Below, one piece after another: positions 50,854-61,955 of a stretch of 64,000 nucleotides of DNA. This DNA is from Azolla caroliniana (Eukaryota > Plantae > Polypodiophyta). The notes under the pieces are model-generated. The model did not search any database. It was not told the origin of the DNA and saw only the letters and a program-made list of their open reading frames with translations. Within the stretch, counting starts at the first letter, position 1. Each line of letters starts with the position of its first letter. Location of the stretch: NCBI GenBank assembly GCA_043228905.1, contig JBHGNT010000003.1:4030001-4094000 (forward strand). Direction: 5' to 3'. A program made the position numbers and the translations under genes.

Positions 50854-53800
50854 TGTTACGGGCATGACCATATAATATCCCGTGGTGAGAATTTACCATA
50901 GTATTCTATACACGTTGTCGTAGTGTAATTCGCACACTACGTGAAATATGTAAAAAAATATATCCGATTGTAGTACGCATAAATAAATAAAAGGAAATAT
51001 TAAAAATATTGTTACATGCTTAGGGCAAGATTCAAACCTTGTACCTCCATGTTAACGATTTTAAGCCTTACCACTATACTAGCATATTATGAGTTTTAAT
51101 GTTATACTAAACTTTATCCCATCTAAATATTCTAGATAAGCATGATAGAAAAGTTATTCATGCATACACACTCGAGTTAAAAGAAAAGATGTGATAGATA
51201 GCTAATCATGCACATGTAGTATGCATGAAAACTAAAGTTAGAAAAAGCATGATGCTTGCATGTAATAAACTGAGACTCTTCCATCACCATATAAGGAAGA
51301 GAAAAAGATGTATATGGTTGTTGATTATTTTGTAAGGATTGACCAATATAATATATTCGTGGGATTCACGAATTTGTCATCTAAATTGTCTCTTACTATC
51401 TAAATATTGATTAAATACACTAAACGCGTGGGATTTACGAGATTCATAACTTACCTCTCTTTCTACCTATTCATTACTAGTCTTATCTCATATTCTTCTT
51501 TCTCCTAGTCCAAAACCTCAGTGGTTCCCACCCGACTCACGAAACGATCTGGAGCCGAAAGGCATGACAACGTGGATAAGTGTGAGGGTTAAACGAGAGT
51601 GTAAAGAAGGGGAGGATTACTTCTAATCCTCGGGATTGAGACAACCCATTAGGCCAAGTGTGAACTTGCCTGGGGACCTTGGGTATCACTATAAGTAAGA
51701 GGCCTAGCTACCCTCATTTCATCATCTTTTGACTACGTCCGCTTTGTTTTACAAACATTGCGTGACAAACAGTTTTATGCGAAGATCTCAAAATGTGAGT
51801 TCTTCAAGAAATCAATTACTTATCTTGGACATCTCATAACCGAACGAGGAGTTGAAATTGATCCTTCTCACATCGAGAAAATCAAGCTTTGGCCCACTCT
51901 TCGCAATATTCGAGAAGTTCGATCATTCCTTGGTTTTGTCAGGTTTTTACGAAAATCCCTTCGTAATTACTCCCAATTGACGATGCCATTTACTGATCTT
52001 CTATAGGTGTTGTCTTATATCAAAGATGGTAAACCAATACCATTCGAGAGTAAGAAACTTGATTCTGGTCAATGTCGGTATACCGTTCAAGAAAAGGAAT
52101 TATTTGCAGTTATACATGCGCTCAAAACATGGCGTCATTATCTTTATGGAAATCGCTTTGTGGTAACAACGGACCACGAGTCCTTGAAATATTTTGTTGA
52201 CCAACAAGACCTGAAAGGTTGTAAGGCACGATGGGCTGATCTTATCCAGGGGTTTGATTTTTTCCATACGATATCCTAAAGGCTCCATGAACATTGTCGT
52301 TGATCCACTAAGTCACATTTGTGAAGTTAACATGCTTAGCTTCATTGAAATAACATCATATCTTTATGATCACCTTCGAGAAAAGTATCCTGATGACAGT
52401 TATTTTGCGAAATACTGGGCAAGCATTGAGTCTGGAACAGGCACCACCACATCCTCGAAGGAATACTTCCACATTGCTAACGGTCTGCTCTACCGTAATG
52501 GGAAGGTCTGTGTTCCAGATTTGCCTGACGTCAAAAAGAGAATTATTTTTTAATGTCATGATGCACCCTCTATGGGGCACCCTAGAATACATCGTAGACT
52601 CGTTCTCATCTCCACTCAATTCTAGTGGCCTAAGATGCGTCCTGACATACATAGTTATGTGACTAAATGTCACCAATGTCAGGTTAAGGACTTTTACATC
52701 CCTTTCACATTCCCAATAATAACTGGGAAAGTATATCCATGGATTTTATTGTTAGCCTTCCTTGCACCCAAAAAGGCCATGATGTCATCTGGGTTGTGGT
52801 TGATAGACTAACTAAAATGGCCAGATTTATTGCTACGAAAAGCACGATAACAACTCCTGAATTGGTTTACCAATTCATCGACGAGTTATTTCGTTTTTAT
52901 GGGTTACCGATGGATATCGTGAGTGATCGAGATCCAAAGTTTACTAGTGACTTCTGGATGCAAGTCTTTAAGAAATTAGAAACTACATTGAGCATGAGCT
53001 CCACGGATCATCCTCAATCCGATGGACAGACAGAACAAGTAAATCAAATTATTGAGGACATGCTTCGAGCATACGTTGGTACAAAACCAACCAAATGGGA
53101 ACTTTATCTCCCAATTTTGGAGTTTGCTTATAACAACTCCAAGCATACATCGACAGGATATAGTCCATTTATGTTGATGTATGGTTTTCAGCCACAAGCC
53201 CTGATTGATGTTAATATACATCATGATGAGTTGCGAAGTACGCAAAACTTTCTTTGGGATATACAAGATATGTTTCATATTGCACGAGATAATATAAAAA
53301 CAGCTCAAGATAGAGCACATTTTTATGTCGATCATCATAGGCAACCTCGTGTATTCAACCCTAGACAGAAGGTATTTTTACGTGTACGTCACAATTCTAA
53401 CACATTATCCAAGGGTAAGTGCGCTATGTTTGCCCCATGGTTTTGTGGACCTTTTACAGTCCTCAAACGCATTGGGTCATTAGCCTATCGTCTCTCTCTT
53501 CCCGATGGTGTTGAAATTCATCCAATTTTTCATGTGAGTCGTCTTGCGACAATACAGTTACAACTGAAACTCTGGTTACTTCTGAAGAATTATCTTCTAA
53601 ACCACATGTACCAGAAAGAATTCACGATGTTAAAACAAAAAAATTATGTACTAAAGTAATCCGAAAATTTAAAATAAAATGGATGGATAAATCAAAAAAA
53701 ATTGCCACATGGGAACGCGAAAATACTCTCAGAACTAACTTCCCTAACTTTCCATTGCAAGAGTGCAATGTTTTAAAGAGGGGGAGTATATTACGGGCAT

Positions 53801-54227
53801 GACCATATAATATCCCGTGGTGAGAATTTACCATAGTATTCTATACACGTGGATAAGTGTGAGGGTTAAACGAGACTGTAAAGAAGGGGAGGATTACTTT
53901 TAATCCTCCAGATTGAGACAACGTGAACTTGCCCGGGGGCCTTGGGTATTGCTATAAATAAGAGGCCTAGCTACCCTCATTTCATCATCTTTTGACTACG
54001 TCGAGACTCTGTTCTTGTGGTGGGTCAACTCTTGTAGCGAGCGCGCCAGCACGAGGTACGACTCGACGCCACGGCGGTGGTATGGGACGCCGATCGAGGC
54101 TCGAGTCCGTCTGGATCCCTTCACTCGGGGGTGGTCGGGTGGATTGGCACCCTTATTTCTCTCTCTCCTTTCTATCTATCTATCTTTTGTCCTTATCTTA
54201 TGCTTACTTTAGATCATATCTCTAAAA
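50854..54227 (+). mobile_element. Ty3/gypsy chromovirus, internally deleted (PBS, gag, PR and most of RT missing)
   Basis: TSD GGTAC on both sides; LTR starts TGTTACGGGCATGACC at 50854 and (TA)TTACGGGCATGACC at 53789. RT end, RNase H (TDHESL), integrase 52739-53659 (SDRDPKF, GPF), chromodomain remnant (IKWMDK..ATWE). Confidence 0.9.
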
Positions 54228-55278
54228 GGTACACACTCCTAACTTTATTTAGAAGTAGAAAAACAACTCATTTTGTAGGAGAAATGTCAACTTGGTGTTT
54301 GAGGGATATACCCATGTTGGTATACATATACATAATTGTATTTAAATGATGGAGTAGTTAGTAGTTTCTTTTTTGTATAATGCAATAAAGATTTTCCCGA
54401 AGGATTATTGACTTGTTAGGGATGTGATATATCATATATCGCATCAGGGATGAGATGTAACAATTTGAGCAATGTAACCCATGCAAGAAAATTTAAGAAT
54501 ATGATGAGATGTAAGAATTGGCTTTTAATAGTTTAAATTTTAGGAATAAATCCAATGTAACATCCTCAACCAAAGCAATTCTTGCATGAATTTCTCTCTT
54601 CATTAGAGTCTCAATTTTGACATTATATAGCAAAGTCTTGAACATTAGGAGTTATAGTCACTTTCATATGTATTACATGATGCCAATTTTCTTTTTAGGT
54701 GTCCTAGACTAGTTCAATTTAACCTCCAAAAATGATAATACATTACATCTTTCTCTCATTCACTCATAAAGGGATTCGTGTTGAGAGCTTCAATTCAAGG
54801 TTTCAATAATGTTCTAGTATGTGATTGTGATTCCTAACTATTTGTAGCATTTTTTTCTCATTTGATGTGCTTTTGTACATCGTTTAACTCATTACGTGGT
54901 AGGTTAAGCCACATTATGGCCGAAACTAGCTTCTTTGTCAAGATAGTTAAGGGAGGTCTAATACCCTATTTTTGATAACCGGAGAGTACTTGTCAACCAT
55001 TCTTGCTAGTTTTACCTTCATAAGGATGTACAATTTTATTTGAGAAGAAGTTGTGCAATCGATGCAACATACCTAGAAGAGACACATTTAATAAGAGAAA
55101 GACATTGTACACTTGATTTAAATCCACAAATAACCATGATCATTAATATTGATTTTAAAACAAGACACTTATTCTTAGTTGCAAATGCCCATCTAGATTC
55201 ATAGGGGTAATACTCAAAGGTTTACAAGAAATACTAAAATTGAGCTTTTCTATTTGAACCCACATAGAAAGATATAAT

Positions 55279-58200
55279 TTAGCCTAGTGGGAAGGACCGT
55301 TTTCCTTCACAATGCAACTTGCATAACCATGCAACTTGAGTACTCCCATCACCTTTATCGTAGATGGTACGTTTGAGATGGAACTTCTTAGCTATGTTTT
55401 CATCGGACAAACCTCCATTTTCTTTTAATATAGATGCCAGGCATTTTTGCCACTCTTTGGAAGCACACTCTAGTTCAATTAGAAATATATCCTTTTTTGA
55501 TTTAAAATGACTTTGTACCATAGGATATTGTTTGGCTAGTTTGAGGTGGGGTGTCCAATCAGGAATCAAGGAGCTTGCAAGAGGTACCATAGAGGAAATA
55601 CCGAGTCTAGCCGCTATAGTCAAAATATGAAATAGACCATTGATATATGGTACAACTTTTTGTAAACACTCTACGTGAGACTCTGACAAAGAGGTGAGGG
55701 TGATACCAGGCTGGTTTTCTACTGGGTGTGGTAATTTTTCATCCTCACAGTATAACTAGATTCTCACAAGTTCATCTCTAGAAACCCATCTCAAAATATT
55801 CTCAAAGGTTGACTTGGGAAATTTAGTCGTAAGGAGGGCGACACGAGGGAGTTGCTTCTCTGTCTCATTCTCTAGGGCCATTTTCAATAGCTTACTTATA
55901 GAGTTCTCAATCTTGCCGATAACATCATTCCTCATATCTTGAAGTTCTTTATGCATTTCATGTAGCTCCTTGATCATTTGATCCATCTTATTGTGTAACT
56001 TGAGGACTTCATTGTGAGTGGCATCCATTTTATGATGTAAACTTAAAAGTAACTTTACCATAACCTTACTAGATTGTACCTCTTTTGCCTCTTCTAATGT
56101 TAATATATCTTCTTGCATTAGGCCATTTTCCAAGCTAGTTATAATCACATCTTCATAACTTTGATATTTCCTAGATTCATCAACATATTCATCGTTCTCC
56201 AACAATGAATTTTGCACCTCCACCTCAAACCATTTCTTATATGATTTTAGGACCTCCCCATAATACTCCAAACCCAGGAGATCAATTAAATCATTTGATA
56301 GAGGATTAGGCATATCTGTTGTTCGTTTCCAATCATATATTTCTTTCTCAGCTCGCTCAAGCTTTTTTCTAAATTGGTCCTTCAAATAAGTTACTTGCAC
56401 GCATTGATCTTCTCTACATTGCACCATTGATGGATAAAGTAAGCAATCAGGCCGGATGACGCTCTCTATCAACTTAACCCCTTGTACACCGAAGGGTTGT
56501 GCACATATTGTAATCAAGTTGTTGATGATACTCTTTTGCACAAAAGCTAAGGTACTTAGGATGTCTTGTTGTGTATTATTTTGAGCCCGAATTAGCACAT
56601 CTATGACATGGTTTGATTTCGCTTGGCAGAACATGACAATGACCTCGCTCTTTGGAAAACAAATGGACATGAAATATTTGCCTAGTGTGATGACAACATT
56701 ATCATGCTTAGATTCGAAAGCATTGCTAAATAATGCTTGAATTCTCGGAAACAAGCCTGGTGTAAGAAATGTGAGGTCTTTGTTCTCACACTCTAACCTT
56801 CTAGCCGTGTACACAAAAGTAACATTATCATCCATTCGAGTCCATTGGAGTTGTTCGACACCCCCATGTGGCAATATGGTTGGGATAAAGATGAGATCTG
56901 AAGATCTTTTGGGGAGTGTGCAGCATAGGTGCATGGCTTCCATTATGTCTACTAGTAACGAGCCCTTCACATTAGATTTGGCTGCAATGGATTCAAACTT
57001 CTGCTCTAGAAAATGTCGAGGAATGCATCCTTTGTTGAATACAATAGTAGCTTTAGAGTTTGGGAAACCAATGAGGCTGCCCATGATCTCATTGCAGAAC
57101 CAATTTGGATCAAGAATGATGTGTTTGATTCTGCTTATGTATATGATGTCACCAGACTCATTCAAGGACATGGCGATTGCATTTAATTTAGCTTTGTCAT
57201 CATTATTGCAGATTTTGCTGAAATCCTCCCATGTAATGATTCGTTCCTTTGTGGTCTTCGTATAATTCAAGAGGTTTTTGCTTACCTGGGTGCAGATGTC
57301 GTAGAGTTCAATACCTTGGAGCACATCTTTGGCAATGCTGAAAACATGTTTTGCTACAGGTTTGACAGAATCCTTGTTTCTGGCATCCACATCAAATTGA
57401 GGCTTGACGATGTCAATCACAGATTTGAATTCTGATCGAAGCGAGTTGATGGAATTTGAGACAGAGCTCGAGACGAAATCCATTTGGTCTGCTCTTGTGA
57501 ATACCAGGATCACTTTGAGAGGAATGATGGATTGAGGGCTTTTGGAGGCGAGGAATCTGAGCCAGTATCTGAAGCTTGTTTCGAAGTCAGCCTCTTTTTT
57601 CTCTGCTCCTTTGTCGCTACTTTGGCTCTCCATGGGACTCCAAACGAACATGAACATGGATGGGAACTGATAAGCGCTGGTTCCTATGTCGGGGAACATG
57701 CAATCGTGGAATGCGTGGAACTCTTGCTGGCCTGCCATGTCCCACAATGACACTCTAATTCCATCCGTTTTAATGGCTTGCACCTCGATTCCTTTTGTGC
57801 GTTCTCCACTAAACAGGGCTCTCAGCCTATCCCTCTTTCTCCCATACATGGAACGCATGGTGCATACAAGTGTAGTCTTTCCTGCGCCAAACAAAATGCA
57901 GTGCAAATGTTAGTTAGTGTGTGTTTATCTTCATCAATCGGATTTTCAATATTTGAGAGAGTGTGGTCATTCATATATTGCCTGCGAATGGATCTCCGCA
58001 GATGAACAATCGGATGGACGTCGCAGGCACTCGCTTCAAATCTGATCCCAACATGAAATTGCGCTGGTTCCTCCACAGCTGCGCCTCGATGGCAGGGTCC
58101 ATTCTATCAAAATGCCAACCAATTTCAAGGAATGGAAGCCCGGTCCGAGAAAGTGCATCAACCACTGCAGCAGTAGCAGATCGGCTTAATTCATAGCCTC

Positions 58201-58719
58201 CGAAGTAACCTAATTGAAGGCTGTGTAGTTGAGGAGGTGAGGAAGGGGGTGCTGCCAGCTGTCTCTGCCCCCTTCTTTGGCGGTGCAAGCTGATCCATGA
58301 AATCCATTACCTCCTCCTCTCTCATATATTCTTCTGAGGTGTCGTTTAGAGATGGCTACCCGCTCTTGTTTTGTAGTGGCAGCATGGTTCAAATCGAACA
58401 TCATATCTCTGCTCCCCCATTCCCAAGCTCCATGTTCTTCATCACGACCATATGACCAATAATAACGTATGTTCCCCTCATTCTGCAATTGGATGGTATC
58501 GATTAGGAGGACGAGGTTCTCAACATCGACTGGAAAGAGCTTCTTAATTAGCACATCATCAGAATCAGCAGCTGCATGATGTTGTTGTTGAGAGGTTGAG
58601 GATGAGGTGAGGTTCAGTAGAGCTTCTCTCGATTTCTCGAGCGCTTCTCTGATCTCCTCAGAATTCAACGTCGTGTAGTTGTATTGATGAGGGGGTGGGA
58701 GGAGGTGAGGCTTCTCCAT
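55279..58719 (-). pseudogene. TRN1-like: TORNADO1-like Roco gene, copy C (most complete): N-terminal domain, short LRR-like remnant, Roc with intact P-loop, COR, coiled coil, C-terminal domain. Frameshift ~58300; premature TAG at 55756-55758.
   Basis: ORFs 58210-58719 and 57971-58288 (..IRLFICGDPFAG); intron 57882-57981; 55756-57881 (GKTTL..WDMAGQQEF..LDPNWFCNEIMG) continues in frame after the TAG to 55279 (LYCE..PHPVENQPG..VAWLCKLH). Confidence 0.88.
57882..57981 (-). other. 100-nt GC-AG intron splitting the Roc P-loop
   Basis: TTCGCAG/GCAATA...CTAACTAAC..TTTTGTTTGGCGCAG/GAAAGACT; splicing gives CGDPFAGKTTL. Confidence 0.8.
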
Positions 58720-58859
58720 GGAAAGGAAGAAAATGAATGAAAAAAAAAAAATGCAATGTGAAGGAAAACTTATGAATATAAATGGAAATAATAAATGAAA
58801 ATGTTAGTTTGGCGAGATACATAACAATTATTAGAACAATACAAAACTCAAACTCGTTG

Positions 58860-58891
<32 letters not shown>

Positions 58892-59289
58892 CAACTATAA
58901 ATGTCAAACCACAAAAAAATTTACTATGAATGATGCAAGAAGAATTTGATTGCTTTTACATGGCCATTTTTTCTGGCTTTTGAAATCTTCATCTTCTCAC
59001 ACACTGTGTATTTACACTGTACACATACCATACCATAAAGTCAAAGGACTTATGTCTTTTGTCTTTTACAATGCAATGCCACGTTTTCTTTTCCCTTGAA
59101 CCTTCCATGACTTTTGATTGGCCCTGAGGAATATGGATAAGATCTTGGTTGTCTTGTGGGCCATCTTTGAAAATGATGGTGTATATAAGTAGAGGATAGA
59201 AATCTAAAACAAAAGGGGGCTTCTTTATATTTGTAAAATTAAGCAAGAAGATAGTTGGGTAATTAGGCTCATTATAGATATGCGTATTA

Positions 59290-59623
59290 GGTAAGAAGGA
59301 TTAAGGGTCATTTTTCATGCAATTTTGAAGCAAGGTCATTTGTCCAAGTAATAATACAAAAATGTCATCCACTTCCAAGTCGGTACCACTCAATTGATTT
59401 CGAGCAAGTTTGGCGTTGAATAATTGATTATATATAAATTATATATAATCAATTATAATCAATTATATATAATTGAGTTTGTCATTAATCAATTATTCAA
59501 CGCCAAACTTGCTCGAAATCAATTGAGCGGTACCAACTTGGAAGTGGATGACATTTTTGTACTATTGCTTGGACAAATGATCAAGATAAAATACTGTACT
59601 CCCAATACCCATCCTTCTTGACC
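59290..59623. mobile_element. MITE-like/foldback element with ~95-bp near-perfect arms (59334-59430 and ~59486-59582) upstream of copy C
   Basis: TCATTTGTCCAAG..CAATTGATTTCGAGCAAGTTTGGCGTTGAATAATTGATTA and its reverse complement around an AT-rich spacer. Confidence 0.7.
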
Positions 59624-61349
59624 ACTCTTTTCAAATGAATTTGGGTCATATTATGTATTATGCTACTATGGCCTTGATATTAGGGTTTGAATAATTTGAC
59701 ATTATCATGTTTGATGAGATAAATTCAAGTGAGCATGTGTAATAGAAGCGAGTTAGATGCCATAGCAAGTAATTTTACCATTGTAGTTTGGCAAAAAATT
59801 ACAAGAGAATCTTAACATGGAGCACTATTGCACAAAAACGTCATGATGGATTGTCCGATACCTATCGTTCATAATAATATGTAGTTTCGAGTGTTGTGTA
59901 TCACAATGTCGTGTACATTTCATATCTTAATTTTAAAGGATAGGTAATATCACCCACATGTACTCATACAATTCTCTAAACTCTAATTGAATTCCCTTAT
60001 TCTCAATATCAGTCTAGTCATTTGAATACCTTGTGTGTATTGCAAATTCACACAAATCATTGGAGCTACACAAAATGCCTTTTGTTGAATTTTTCTCCAA
60101 TACAAAAATTTTGAGAAGGCAACTACCAAACAAATTCTACACATGACTACTCAACCAAGCATAACGATTCCCCTCAAAAGAATGCACAAAACAAAAAATC
60201 TAACAATCATGATAAATTTGTGGTTTTCATGCTGAGTTATTCACCATTTTTGCATGAATTTTAAGAATAGTTTTTTTATAGCAAGAATTGAGTTCATAAG
60301 TAATATCCTATGACAACTCGGGCTGGTCATCTGAGTTCTAATCTAGCTTACTTGGTATGTTAATTTAAATCAATAGCTCACAAACACTTAGTAGATTCTT
60401 GTTTTATTGAGAAATGTTGATGATGCCAATGATAAATTATGGTTTGGAAATATGCAATGCTAGACCTAATGGTAAAATACATTATCGACATTCTTGGTTG
60501 TGGGTATTGTGACCAAATGATTCACTTTATGGTTTCAAAACATGTGACTGGCTAACCTGTCCATGGAGCCTTAGACGTGAAAATAGGCATATTTGCACAT
60601 TCCAGTAAAAAACCAAGTGATTGAAACCAGTTTTTGAAAATATTATGCCGATATATTATGTGAAGGGAGTCACATAATCTTTGTTCATTTATCTTTATGT
60701 ATCTAAGCAACTACTTCTTTACATGTTTCAATGAAAGCCAAGATACAATGTGCAATGAGTAAGGTAGGAATTCCAATCATATCCAATGAAAGAAGTTGGG
60801 AGATATAACATTTTCTAAGCAATCAAGAACCGGCTGACTGTTGGGTTCAATAAATCTTGCCACTACGTACAACATAATACCATGGCAAGACTAGTTCGGT
60901 TCTTTTATCAATTGGACATGCTAAATGTATCCTCTCAAAACATTGTGATAACGGCTATAACATACAAAGTATTTTTTCACCAAGCCCATTTTGTGTGAGG
61001 AAACAAATCTATGTACTCCACAATAGAGAAAACAATCCAATAATGACAAGTTATTCCATAGACACATTGCAAAGGTATCCATATCCATAAACAACAACAA
61101 AAGTAACTCTATTTGGAAGCAAACCCTCTCACATCATAGTTATGAACTATTTCAATATTTCTTCAACCTGCCCTTGTTCAACATAATCTTTATCCAAAAC
61201 ACCGAATGCTACCACAAGCTTTCAAGGTACATTGTATTCCCGGCTTGTACATCTCGGATTTGAAGGTGATCAACTACGTGGTTTGCTTTTTCAAGAGAAC
61301 TACATTTCACATTTGTGACTATGAACTCAAGAACTATGCTTCCTCTTTC

Positions 61350-61535
61350 CACATGTACATATATATGCATACATACACATACAACATGCATACTATACAT
61401 ACATGCATTCCTAAGGCCAACTCCTACATACGTACATGCATGGATACACATCCTAGACCTAGAAATACATACATACAAATACAAGCATGCATATGTACAT
61501 ACATACATATAGATAGACATATATACACATATATA
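61350..61535 (+). repeat. Degenerate (TACA/TA)n simple-sequence region
   Basis: Directly visible; explains the H/I/Y/T-rich spurious ORFs. Confidence 0.8.
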
Positions 61536-61667
61536 GTGTGGTGTCTAAATACCTCCAAAAGTTGAAGAGGGCAAGTGAGGGAATCGTGGAGAGGGACGGT
61601 GCAGGTCGCTCAACCGAGGGCGTGTAAGATTTGCACCGTCCGATGTGGGAAGAAATCGTCACCTATT

Positions 61668-61955
61668 GGGGAGCCCGACTAGGAGCCCCGCTTACTAATC
61701 AAGAGCCCGACTAGGAGCCCCACTGTCTGACAATCATTGTAACTAGGAGCCCGACTTTGTCAAAAGTTGCCCCGCTCATTATTAATGAGCATTGAGTATA
61801 AAAACCCTGAAGCACTCATGTTGAACCTATTTTGAAAAGAGAGTTTTAGGGTATTTGGAGGGAAGAATTAGATAAGAGCGCCATTTTCCACCAAAATCAA
61901 AGAGGCACACCACTTTTCGCCAGAATCCGAGAGGAGCACCACTTTCCGCCAACCA
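61668..61955 (+). repeat. Short GC-rich direct repeats (GGAGCCCGACTAGGAGCCCC x2-3; ~30-bp CACCACTTT.CGCCA x3), possibly subterminal repeats of a DNA transposon
   Basis: Repeats visible; no terminus or transposase confirmed. Confidence 0.4.

Noticed and set aside
55756-55758. Stop codon repaired by U-to-C RNA editing
   Set aside because: Such editing is established for fern and hornwort organelles, not nuclear genes; an ordinary point mutation is simpler
1243-57265. Recurrent plus-strand ORFs antisense to the Roco copies (e.g. 1243-1665, 34927-35319, 56771-57265)
   Set aside because: Their mutual similarity simply mirrors the conserved sense-strand coding sequence
61206-61662. Protein-coding ORFs rich in H/Y/T/I or C/M/V
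   Set aside because: Translations of TACA/TA simple repeats
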